NCBI GenBank assembly: GCA_944387685.1
Contig: CALXFW010000059.1
Location: 3,761 to 67,760 of the forward strand
DNA from: an uncultured Oscillospiraceae bacterium
Lineage (GTDB): Bacteria; Bacillota; Clostridia; Oscillospirales; Oscillospiraceae
Length of the DNA: 64,000 nt
Reading direction: 5' to 3'
In this document: positions 1-7,899 of the stretch, piece after piece
Layout: each line of letters begins with the position of its first letter
How positions within the stretch are numbered: position 1 is the first letter of the stretch
The notes under the pieces: model-generated
Database searches by the model: none
The model's input: the letters and a program-made list of their open reading frames with translations, nothing else
Told to the model about the DNA's origin: nothing
Program-made: the position numbers and the translations under genes

Positions 1-726
1 GGACAATTCCGCCCGAATCTTTTCCACAAAGGCCAGAGCCTTCTCTCCGTCGCCATGGACGCAGACAGAGTCCGCCCGGATGGGAATGTCTTTCCCGGTG
101 ATGGCGGTGACCTTCTGCTCCAGAATCATCCGCACTACCCGGGAAATGGCCAGATTTTCATCCGTCACCATGGCGCCTTCCTTGCGGCGGTTGACCAGGG
201 AGCCGTCCTCCTCGTAGGCCCGGTCCGCAAATACCTCCCGGGCCACCCGCAGACCCATGTCCTCTGCAGCCCGAACCAGCTCGCTTCCCGACAGGGCCAT
301 GACAATCAGGTCCTTGTCAAAGGACGCAATGGCCTCGCAGATGCCCTTGGCCAGGGCATAGTCCTTGCCCGCCATGTTATACAGGGCGCCGTGGGGCTTG
401 ACGTGCTGCATTCTGACGCCATTGGCCCGGCAGAAGCCCTCCAGCGCCCCCAACTGGTACAGGGTATACGCTCTGGCCTCCGCCGGTGTGACGTCCAGAT
501 TCCGCCGTCCGAAGCCCATCAAATCCGGATAACCCGGATGGGCACCGATGCCGATGCCTGCTTCCCTGGCCATGGCCACGGTTTTCTCCATCACCACCGG
601 GTCGGAGGCATGATAGCCGCAGGCCACATTGGCCGAGGAAATCAGCGGAATGATGCGGCTGTCCATACCCAGGGTATAGCGTCCGAAACTCTCGCCCAAA
701 TCGCTGTTCAAATCAATCTTATACAT
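1..726 (-). CDS. pxpA: 5-oxoprolinase subunit A (LamB/YcsF family), runs off the left window edge
   Basis: Not in the ORF track. Manual translation from ATG 726 gives MYKIDLNSDLGESFGRY...SANVACGYHASDP...GAHPGYPDLMGFGRR...HVKPHGALYN, the LamB/YcsF signature motifs. Confidence 0.93.
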   Translation of the reverse strand, partial: MYKIDLNSDLGESFGRYTLGMDSRIIPLISSANVACGYHASDPVVMEKTVAMAREAGIGIGAHPGYPDLMGFGRRNLDVTPAEARAYTLYQLGALEGFCRANGVRMQHVKPHGALYNMAGKDYALAKGICEAIASFDKDLIVMALSGSELVRAAEDMGLRVAREVFADRAYEEDGSLVNRRKEGAMVTDENLAISRVVRMILEQKVTAITGKDIPIRADSVCVHGDGEKALAFVEKIRAELS

Positions 727-727
727 C

Positions 728-2086
728 TCATCTGTCTCCCAGTTTCAGATTCATCACATCTTCAATAAAGCCGGTATGGGCCTCCCCTGCGACGAACACC
801 GGATGTCGGATCATCTGGTACTGGAAGTCCAGATTGGTCTGCACTCCTACCACCACCATCTCATCCAGGGCGCTGATCATCTTCCGGATGGCCGCCTCCC
901 GGGTAGGCGCATGGACAATCACCTTGGCAATCATAGAGTCATATTCCGAGGGAATCCGGTAGCCGCTGTACAGACAGGTATCCACCCGCACCCCGTTTCC
1001 CGCAGGCAGGTGAATCATCTTGACCTGTCCCGGGCAGGGCATAAACCGCTTTTCCGGAATTTCCGCATTGATCCGGCACTCAATGGCATGGCCGCAAATC
1101 CGCACATCCTCCTGTGTAAAGCTCAGGGGCTGTCCCATGGCAACCCGGATCTGCTCGATGATCAGATCGGTGCCCGTAACCATCTCGGTCACGCCATGCT
1201 CTACCTGAATCCGGGTGTTCATCTCCATGAAATAGAACTCCCCGCTGGCGGAGACAATGTACTCAATGGTACCGGCGTTGGTATAGCCCACGGTTTTCGC
1301 CGCCAGCACCGCATAGCGGTTCATCGCCTCCCGGGCTTTCGCGTCAATGGCCGGGGAGGGAGATTCCTCAATCAGCTTCTGGTGGTTGCGCTGAACGGAG
1401 CAGTCCCGTTCCCCCAGGGCCACCACATTTCCCTGGGTATCCGCCATAATCTGGATTTCCACATGGCGGGGTTTCTGGATGTATCGCTCCAGATACATGG
1501 TATCGTCGGCAAAGGCATTGGCGGACTCCCGCTGGGCCAGATTGAACTGGAACTCAAAGTCCTCCGCAGACTCCGACACCCGCATTCCCTTGCCTCCGCC
1601 GCCGGAGGATGCCTTAATCATCACCGGGAAGCCAATCTGCTTCGCCATCTCCAGGGCGGTTTCCGCATCGTACACCGGCTCCTTGGTTCCCGGAACCACC
1701 GGCACCCCGGCCGCCATCATGGTGGCGCGGGCCTGGGATTTGTTGCCCATTTTGTCGATTACGTCCGCAGACGGTCCGATAAACACCAGGCCATTCTCCT
1801 GGCACAGCCGGACAAACTTGCTGTTCTCCGAGAGGAAGCCGTATCCGGGATGGATTGCGTCGGCGCCCACATTCTTGGCGGCCATGATAATCCGCTCCAT
1901 GTTCAGGTAGCTGTTCTTGGCCGGTCCCTCGCCAATGCAGACCCGCTGGTCTGCAAGCTGGACGTGCAGGCTCCCCGCGTCCTCCCGGGAGTAGATGGCC
2001 ACGCTGCTGATGCCCATGTTGCGGCAGGCACGGATAATCCGAACGGCGATCTCCCCACGGTTGGCAATCAGGATTTTATGAAACAT
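728..2086 (-). CDS. accC: Biotin carboxylase
   Basis: ANRGEIAVR, HPGYGFLSEN, GGGGKGMR, ERDCSVQRNHQKLIEE, EMNTRIQVEH and YDSMIAK motifs. Confidence 0.95.
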   Translation of the reverse strand: MFHKILIANRGEIAVRIIRACRNMGISSVAIYSREDAGSLHVQLADQRVCIGEGPAKNSYLNMERIIMAAKNVGADAIHPGYGFLSENSKFVRLCQENGLVFIGPSADVIDKMGNKSQARATMMAAGVPVVPGTKEPVYDAETALEMAKQIGFPVMIKASSGGGGKGMRVSESAEDFEFQFNLAQRESANAFADDTMYLERYIQKPRHVEIQIMADTQGNVVALGERDCSVQRNHQKLIEESPSPAIDAKAREAMNRYAVLAAKTVGYTNAGTIEYIVSASGEFYFMEMNTRIQVEHGVTEMVTGTDLIIEQIRVAMGQPLSFTQEDVRICGHAIECRINAEIPEKRFMPCPGQVKMIHLPAGNGVRVDTCLYSGYRIPSEYDSMIAKVIVHAPTREAAIRKMISALDEMVVVGVQTNLDFQYQMIRHPVFVAGEAHTGFIEDVMNLKLGDR

Positions 2087-2100
2087 GGGGGTTCACTCCC

Positions 2101-2550
2101 TTACAGCTTTTTTACACGGAACAGGGGCTGACCGTATTCCACTTTCTGCTCATTGCTCACCAGGACGGCCTCAATCTCGCAGTCGTACTCGCACTGAATT
2201 TCATTCATCAGCTTCATGGCCTCCAGGATGCAGACGGTCTGACCATTCTTCACCTTATCCCCAACCCGGACAAACGCCGGAGCCGTAGGAGAGGGTGCGG
2301 AATAGAAGGTGCCCACAATGGGAGAAGTGATATACAGCTCCTCTTCCTCCTGAGCCGCTTCCACCGGAGCCGGTGCAGGAACCGCTGCCGGGGCGGATGC
2401 CGGGACCACCGCCGGGGCTCCGGGAGCCACAACCGGAGGATTGTCCAGCTTGCTCAGATAGATTTCCATCTCCCCCTCGGAATAGGAAAACTCCTTCAGG
2501 GAAGAATTCTCAATAATTTTCACCAGTTCTGCGATTTTTTCCAAATTCAT
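2101..2550 (-). CDS. accB: Biotin carboxyl carrier protein
   Basis: Ala/Pro-rich linker, SPIVGTFY, and the EAMKLMNE biotinylation motif. Confidence 0.95.
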   Translation of the reverse strand: MNLEKIAELVKIIENSSLKEFSYSEGEMEIYLSKLDNPPVVAPGAPAVVPASAPAAVPAPAPVEAAQEEEELYITSPIVGTFYSAPSPTAPAFVRVGDKVKNGQTVCILEAMKLMNEIQCEYDCEIEAVLVSNEQKVEYGQPLFRVKKL

Positions 2551-2561
2551 ATTGCGTCACC

Positions 2562-3587
2562 TTATCCTTCGGTCTCATTTGCCGTTGTCAGCATCTTTGT
2601 CAGCCGCTTGGCCACCAGGCGGCACTCCAGCACCTCTTTGCAGGGGGTGTGAATCCGGCTGCGCATGGCCAGCAATTCCTTTTCTTCCTCCAGGTACAGT
2701 CTCTGGGCCTCCTGAACGGAAATGGCCTGGAAGCGCACCTTATGGTCTGTCTTTCTCTGGACAATCTTGGGGATGTCAACAGAGGCCACGGTGGCGATCT
2801 TGGGATAGCCGCCGGTGGTCTGCCGGTCTGCCAGCAGAATAATGGGCTTTCCGTGGGCAGGCACCTGCACCGAGCCAAAGGCGATGCCGTCGGAAATCAT
2901 GTCGGCGTTTTCCTTCCGGGCGATATAGGGGCCTTCCATCCGGCAGCCCATCCGGTCAAAGTCGCTGGTCACCGTGTACTCCGAATTCAGGAAGGTTTCG
3001 ATGCCCTGCTTGCTGAACATCTTGTCCTGGGGGCCCATCACCACCCGGACCGTGGTTTCCTCCTGGTCAAATTCGTCCAGGTCCAGGGTCCGGGACAGGA
3101 AGAAGGGCAGATAGCGCCGCTTGATCCGGAACCCGATATAATCTCCGTCCATCAGCTTCCGGCCCTTCAGGCCGCCGATCTTGCTCTTCATATTGGTGCA
3201 CCGGCTGCCCATCACCACAGGAATGTTCAAGTAGCAGGAGAAGGCGATGTATCCCCGGCTTCCCGTGCGGGCGCTGGAAAACTTCAGCACGTCTCCCCGG
3301 TTGATGTAGATGGCCGTATACATAGGCGCCGGATTGCCGTTGATGGTGGGCTGGAAGTCGCCGCCGGTGATGGCGATGATGGTTTCGGAGGTGAACTCCA
3401 GTGTGGGGCCAATGAGGGTAAACTCCAGCACGGCCTCATTTTCCGGGTTGTCCAGCAGCAGATTGGCGATTTTGAAGGAGCGCACGTCCATAACGCCTGC
3501 TACGGAAAAGCCCTGGCTCTGGTAGCCCGTGCGGCCCAGGTCCTGCACCGTAGTGAGCATTCCGGCTTTTAAGATTCGGATTCCCAT
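2562..3587 (-). CDS. pxpC: 5-oxoprolinase subunit C / KipA / biotin-dependent carboxyltransferase-like
   Basis: TTVQDLGR, DRMGCR and LADRQTTGGYPKIA motifs. Start moved to MGIRILK (ATG 3587, GGAG RBS). Confidence 0.9.
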   Translation of the reverse strand: MGIRILKAGMLTTVQDLGRTGYQSQGFSVAGVMDVRSFKIANLLLDNPENEAVLEFTLIGPTLEFTSETIIAITGGDFQPTINGNPAPMYTAIYINRGDVLKFSSARTGSRGYIAFSCYLNIPVVMGSRCTNMKSKIGGLKGRKLMDGDYIGFRIKRRYLPFFLSRTLDLDEFDQEETTVRVVMGPQDKMFSKQGIETFLNSEYTVTSDFDRMGCRMEGPYIARKENADMISDGIAFGSVQVPAHGKPIILLADRQTTGGYPKIATVASVDIPKIVQRKTDHKVRFQAISVQEAQRLYLEEEKELLAMRSRIHTPCKEVLECRLVAKRLTKMLTTANETEG

Positions 3588-3591
3588 GGCG

Positions 3592-4320
3592 TCACTCTCC
3601 TTCCCGCACGACGCATTGATATTCGTTCTTGTCCACCAGTGCCTTGATGCGGTTGAACTCGTCCTCGTCAATGGGCACAAAGCGGATATAGTCTCCTGCT
3701 TCCACCAGAATCGGCGGTTTCCGCTCCGGGTCGTAGGTCTTCACCGGCGTCTGGCCCATAAGCTGCCAGCCTCCAGGGGAGTCCATGGGATAGATTCCCG
3801 TCTGGGAACCGCCGATGCCCACGCTTCCCGCAGGAATCCGGATTCTGGGATTTGCCAGCCGGGGGGTATGAATCCGCTCGTCCAGACCACCCAGATAGGT
3901 AAAGCCCGGCAGGAAGCCCAGCATATAAATCAGGTAATCCCGGGAGGTGTGAATCTGAATCACCTCTTCCACGCTCAGGCCGGCGTGGTCCGCGATGTTC
4001 TGGATGTCCGGCCCAAATTCTCCCCCATAGCACACCGGGATTTCAAAAACCCGCTTGCGGGTATCCCCCGCCGCCACGTCAATTTTCAGCAGGCCCTCCA
4101 TCCGCTGCTTGATCCGCTCATAGGAAATGACTCTGGGGTCATAGTTGATAAGCAGGGAGCAGAACGCCGGAATCACATCCGTCACGCCGTTGATATGCTG
4201 CTCCCGCATAAGCTGAACCGTGGCGGCGATTTTTCGGTTGATGGCCGGGTCAATGGTGTTTCCGAACTGAATCAGGATGGAGCTGTCCCCGGCTGTCAAT
4301 AGTTTGATCTTATTTTGCAT
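3592..4320 (-). CDS. pxpB: 5-oxoprolinase subunit B / KipI
   Basis: IPVCYGGEFGPD, GFLPGFTYL, GSVGIGGSQTGIYP and SPGGWQLMG motifs. Start MQNKIK after a GGAG RBS. Confidence 0.92.
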   Translation of the reverse strand: MQNKIKLLTAGDSSILIQFGNTIDPAINRKIAATVQLMREQHINGVTDVIPAFCSLLINYDPRVISYERIKQRMEGLLKIDVAAGDTRKRVFEIPVCYGGEFGPDIQNIADHAGLSVEEVIQIHTSRDYLIYMLGFLPGFTYLGGLDERIHTPRLANPRIRIPAGSVGIGGSQTGIYPMDSPGGWQLMGQTPVKTYDPERKPPILVEAGDYIRFVPIDEDEFNRIKALVDKNEYQCVVREGE

Positions 4321-4338
4321 GACTACTCTCCTAATAGA

Positions 4339-4375
4339 GCAAAAAGGTGCAACCAAATGATTTGCACCTTTTTGC
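4339..4375. terminator. Intergenic stem-loop inside the pxp operon
   Basis: GCAAAAAGGTGCAA-N9-TTGCACCTTTTTGC, perfect 14-bp arms between the transporter and pxpB. Confidence 0.6.
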
Positions 4376-4396
4376 CGCATATATGCTTCTAAGGAA

Positions 4397-5614
4397 TCAG
4401 AACAGGCCGGCCACGTTCTTGATGAATGCCGGGATGCCCAGATAAGCCGCCAGCACGACCACGACCACGCCCAGCACAGTCAGGGCGACGGGATGCTTGT
4501 AGCCCTGGGGCATGATCTTCTTGGAATTGCCGCCCACCAGGCACACACCCAGGGTAATGGGCAGGATCAGGCCGTTGAAGGCGCCCGCCAAAACCAGCAG
4601 AAGGGCAGGCTGACCAACAACCAGCATGATTACAGTGGATACGGCGATGAAGCCGATGATCCAGGCGTTCTCGTGGGCATCAATGGACTTGGAGAAGGTT
4701 TTCAGGAAAGACACGGAGGTGTAAGCTGCACCGATGATGGAGGTAATTGCCGCACACAGCAGAACCATACCGGCAAAACGGTAACCCAGTTCGCCAGCGC
4801 CGGCCTTGAAGGCATCCGCGGCGGGGTTGCCGGAGGCGGACAGATCCGCACCGGAAATCAGGCCCTTGGACACAACACCCAGAACCGCCAGGAACAGCAT
4901 AATCCGGACCAGGGCGGCGATGCCGATGCCGGTAACGGAGCTCTTGCTGATTTCCTTCATGTTCTCTTCGCCGGTAATGTTGGCGTCAATCAGACGATGG
5001 GCACCGGCAAAGGTGATGTAACCGCCCACCGTACCGCCCATCAGCGTCAAGATGGCGGCAAACAGGGGGGAGACACCAGTCTCAGGGACAAAGGTATTCT
5101 TCAGAGCGTCACCAACAGGGGGCTGCACCACAAAGATCACGACCAGAATCACCACGATCATAATGCCGCCCATGACCTTGGCCGCGGTGTCCATAGCCGC
5201 CTTGGCATTCTTCACAACGAAGACCAGAATCGCCAGAGCGCCCGCCAGAACATAGCCGACTTCCGTGGGGATGCCCAGCAGGGTGTTGAAACCAAGGGCG
5301 CCGCCGCCCACGTTGCCGATGTTGAACACCAGGCCGCCCAGCACAATCATAAAGGACACGAAGTATCCCAAACCGGGCAGCAGCTTATTTGCCACGTCCT
5401 GGCCACGCAGGCCGGAGACACACAGCACACGCCAAATGTTGATCTGGGCAATGGCAGACATCATGATGGACACCAGAATGACAAAGCCAAAGCTGGCGCC
5501 GTGCTGACCGGTGAAGGTAGCCGTCTGGGTCAGGAAGCCCGGGCCAATTGCCGAAGTGGCCATCAGGAATGCCGCGCCCAGCAGCGCGCCGCCGCTCTTT
5601 TTCGTATTACTCAT
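4397..5614 (-). CDS. YcsG-like NRAMP-family transporter (putative 5-oxoproline/lactam uptake)
   Basis: LLGAAFLMATSAIGPGFLTQT and GGTVGGYITFAGAHRL motifs typical of YcsG; many TM helices; heads the pxp operon. Confidence 0.85.
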   Translation of the reverse strand: MSNTKKSGGALLGAAFLMATSAIGPGFLTQTATFTGQHGASFGFVILVSIMMSAIAQINIWRVLCVSGLRGQDVANKLLPGLGYFVSFMIVLGGLVFNIGNVGGGALGFNTLLGIPTEVGYVLAGALAILVFVVKNAKAAMDTAAKVMGGIMIVVILVVIFVVQPPVGDALKNTFVPETGVSPLFAAILTLMGGTVGGYITFAGAHRLIDANITGEENMKEISKSSVTGIGIAALVRIMLFLAVLGVVSKGLISGADLSASGNPAADAFKAGAGELGYRFAGMVLLCAAITSIIGAAYTSVSFLKTFSKSIDAHENAWIIGFIAVSTVIMLVVGQPALLLVLAGAFNGLILPITLGVCLVGGNSKKIMPQGYKHPVALTVLGVVVVVLAAYLGIPAFIKNVAGLF

Positions 5615-5842
5615 AAGATCCTCTCCTTTTCCGGATATTTTTGATGGACCGCGCCACCGTTTTTGTGGGGTAAATTGCAGCCGCCAATTCCATCACTTGC
5701 AAAACAGTGTATCATACATCCCCTGATAATTCAATGCGCTAAAGTGTAAAATTATTCCGTGAATAACCGGAAATATTCTCTATAATGTACAGTTGTCCGT
5801 CCATCAAAGACCGTTTCAGCAGTGAATTTCCTCCTGACAGGC

Positions 5843-6268
5843 CTATTCCGCCCAATCTTCGTCCCGGATGTCCCCAATCGCCACAATATCCTCCAGAGGA
5901 ATTTCCCGCCCGTCCGCAAGCTGGACAGCCCGGGAATGCAGGCGCACACGGGCAATCTTGCCTGTAATCGTCTGATAGGCGCCCCCGCTTTTCCGTTCGT
6001 CGGGGACGAAGCAGGTAATGGGCACCTCCGGCCCCTCTGCGCCCATCTGAATCAGCCGGTTCAGCTTACGGTCCAGGATTTCCTTCTCCTGCTCCTCCAG
6101 CTCCGTCCGGGTGTCCGTCAGCCGGGCCGTCTCCCGGATTACCCCATCATAGCCCGTCAGGGCGGCAAAAGGCGCAAATTGGGCGGCCCGATCTACCCGG
6201 GACATTCTGGCCCGGGCGGAAACCGGACGTTCCCGGTTCAGGATGTCCTCGTAAGGATGCCGTGCCAT
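5843..6268 (-). CDS. YolD-like accessory protein of Y-family polymerase
   Basis: RMS..DRAAQFAPFAALTGY motif; lies immediately downstream of the polymerase. Confidence 0.75.
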   Translation of the reverse strand: MARHPYEDILNRERPVSARARMSRVDRAAQFAPFAALTGYDGVIRETARLTDTRTELEEQEKEILDRKLNRLIQMGAEGPEVPITCFVPDERKSGGAYQTITGKIARVRLHSRAVQLADGREIPLEDIVAIGDIRDEDWAE

Positions 6269-6280
6269 GGTATTCCTCCT

Positions 6281-7780
6281 TTACGCCTTGTGCCCGCCGA
6301 TCTGGCGGTTCCGATCTCTGGCCGTGGCCCCCTCTTCCAGGTTCATTCCCTTCAGAATGGCGTTTTTCCCGTATTTCTTCCGGATGGCCAGGACAGCCTG
6401 CTGCCGCCGCTTTTCCCGCTCCAGCCGAGCGTCCTCCTGCTCCTGCTGCTCCGGGTCGTCAAACAGGGAAACCTGCTCCATCCGGGGCTGACTCAGCAGC
6501 GTGTGTTCCCCCACCACATGGTTTGCCGTCAGGTTGATGCGGCGCACCAGCAGGCGGGGGTCGGCAATCCGGTCAAACAGTTCCGTCACCGCCTGCAGAA
6601 TCCGGGAACCGGAGGCCGTCCATTCCCCCAGGTTTATCGAACCATGGGCGTGCTTCGGCACCTCCCGGCCGTAGGCGTCCCGGCCCACAGGACCGGTATA
6701 GGCGGCGCGGATTTCCGGGTTGGCCAGGCTTTCCCGGTCATAGCCGATGGTCAGCACCATCTGGTCCGCCGCCAGCGCCTTATCCACCAGTTCCAGGGCC
6801 AGCTGGTCGGCCATTTCCCGAACCACCAGTCTGGCCTTGTCCACCGGGTATGGGGTCGGCAGCACCTGTCCCGAGCCCAGGCTGTTGCTGCCGGGCCTGT
6901 AGGCCTTGATATCCCCGATGGTGCAGGGTTCCCAGCCCCAGGCATGGTCAATGAGCAGCTCCGCGTTCACGCCGAACAGGCGGTACAGCAGTGCCTCTCC
7001 CACAGGGTCCAGAGAGCATCTGGCAATATCGCCCATCGTGAAGAGTCCATGGGCCTGGAGGGCTTTGGCATACCCCCGTCCCACCCGCCAGAAATCCGTC
7101 AGGGGCCGATGGGTCCACAGCTCCCGGCGGTAGGTCATCTCGTCCAGCTGGGCAATCCGCGCCCCGTTTTTGTCCGGCTCCATATGCTTGGCCACAATGT
7201 CCATAGCCACCTTGGAAAGGTACAGGTTCGTCCCGATGCCCGCCGTGGCGGTAATTCCCGACCGTTCCAGCACTGCGTCCAGCAGCATCTGGGCAAATTC
7301 CCTGGCCGTGGCGCCCCGGGCTTTCAGATAAGGCGTTGCGTCCAGAAACACCTCGTCAATGGAATACACATGAATATCCTCCGGGGCGACATAGCGCAGG
7401 TAGGTCTGATAAATGGCTGCGCTGCACTCCATATAATGGGCCATTCTGGGCGGCGCAATGAGGAAATCTATTTCCAAGGCAGGGTCCGCCGCCAGCGCTC
7501 CGGCATCCCAGGATTTTCCGGTGAATTTGCCGCCCGGCGCCCGGCTCCGGCGCAGGGCGTTGGCCTGGCGCACCTTTTCGATCACCTCAAAAAGCCTGGC
7601 TCTGCCCGGCACCCCGTAAGCTTTCAGGGAGGGGGTTACCGCCAGGCAGATAGTCTTTTCCGTCCGTCCGGCGTCCGCCACCACCAGGTTGGTGGTCAGC
7701 GGGTCCAATTCCCGCTCCACGCACTCCTGGGAGGCATAGAAGGATTTCAGGTCTATGGCAATATAGGTCTTCCCATTCAT
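6281..7780 (-). CDS. Y-family (ImpB/MucB/SamB, UvrX-like) error-prone DNA polymerase
   Basis: IDLKSFYASQEC, YSIDEVFLD and DFWRVGRG motifs; C-terminal RN.QIGGHKA typical of Firmicute UmuC-like proteins. Confidence 0.9.
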   Translation of the reverse strand: MNGKTYIAIDLKSFYASQECVERELDPLTTNLVVADAGRTEKTICLAVTPSLKAYGVPGRARLFEVIEKVRQANALRRSRAPGGKFTGKSWDAGALAADPALEIDFLIAPPRMAHYMECSAAIYQTYLRYVAPEDIHVYSIDEVFLDATPYLKARGATAREFAQMLLDAVLERSGITATAGIGTNLYLSKVAMDIVAKHMEPDKNGARIAQLDEMTYRRELWTHRPLTDFWRVGRGYAKALQAHGLFTMGDIARCSLDPVGEALLYRLFGVNAELLIDHAWGWEPCTIGDIKAYRPGSNSLGSGQVLPTPYPVDKARLVVREMADQLALELVDKALAADQMVLTIGYDRESLANPEIRAAYTGPVGRDAYGREVPKHAHGSINLGEWTASGSRILQAVTELFDRIADPRLLVRRINLTANHVVGEHTLLSQPRMEQVSLFDDPEQQEQEDARLEREKRRQQAVLAIRKKYGKNAILKGMNLEEGATARDRNRQIGGHKA

Positions 7781-7804
7781 ACTTCCGCCCCCTTGTTCTT
7801 GTCT

Positions 7805-7833
7805 ATTATACCCCGAACGAAACCGTTTCGCAA
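7805..7833 (-). promoter_or_regulatory. sigmaA promoter of the polymerase operon with an overlapping palindrome
   Basis: TTGCGA-17-TATAAT on the minus strand; palindrome CGAAAC-C-GTTTCG (7818-7830) overlaps the -35/spacer. Confidence 0.6.
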
Positions 7834-7844
7834 TACGAAGAAAT

Positions 7845-7876
7845 GCGGCGCGGCGCCCTGTGGGGCACCGCGCCGC
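7845..7876 (-). terminator. Stem-loop terminating the degV-GH3-HD-GYP operon
   Basis: GCGGCGCGGTGCCCC-ACA-GGGCGCCGCGCCGC followed by ATTTCTT on the minus strand. Confidence 0.6.
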
Positions 7877-7899
7877 TATTGGAAAAACATGTTCCCCGC

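Noticed and set aside
728-2550. accB/accC as housekeeping fatty-acid synthesis genes
   Set aside because: No accA/accD or fab genes nearby; they are embedded in the pxp operon.
5755-5772. TTCCG-N8-CGGAA palindrome upstream of the pxp operon as an IclR/KipR-type site
   Set aside because: Only 5-bp arms, CCGG/TTCC words are very common in this sequence, and no regulator gene is in the window.
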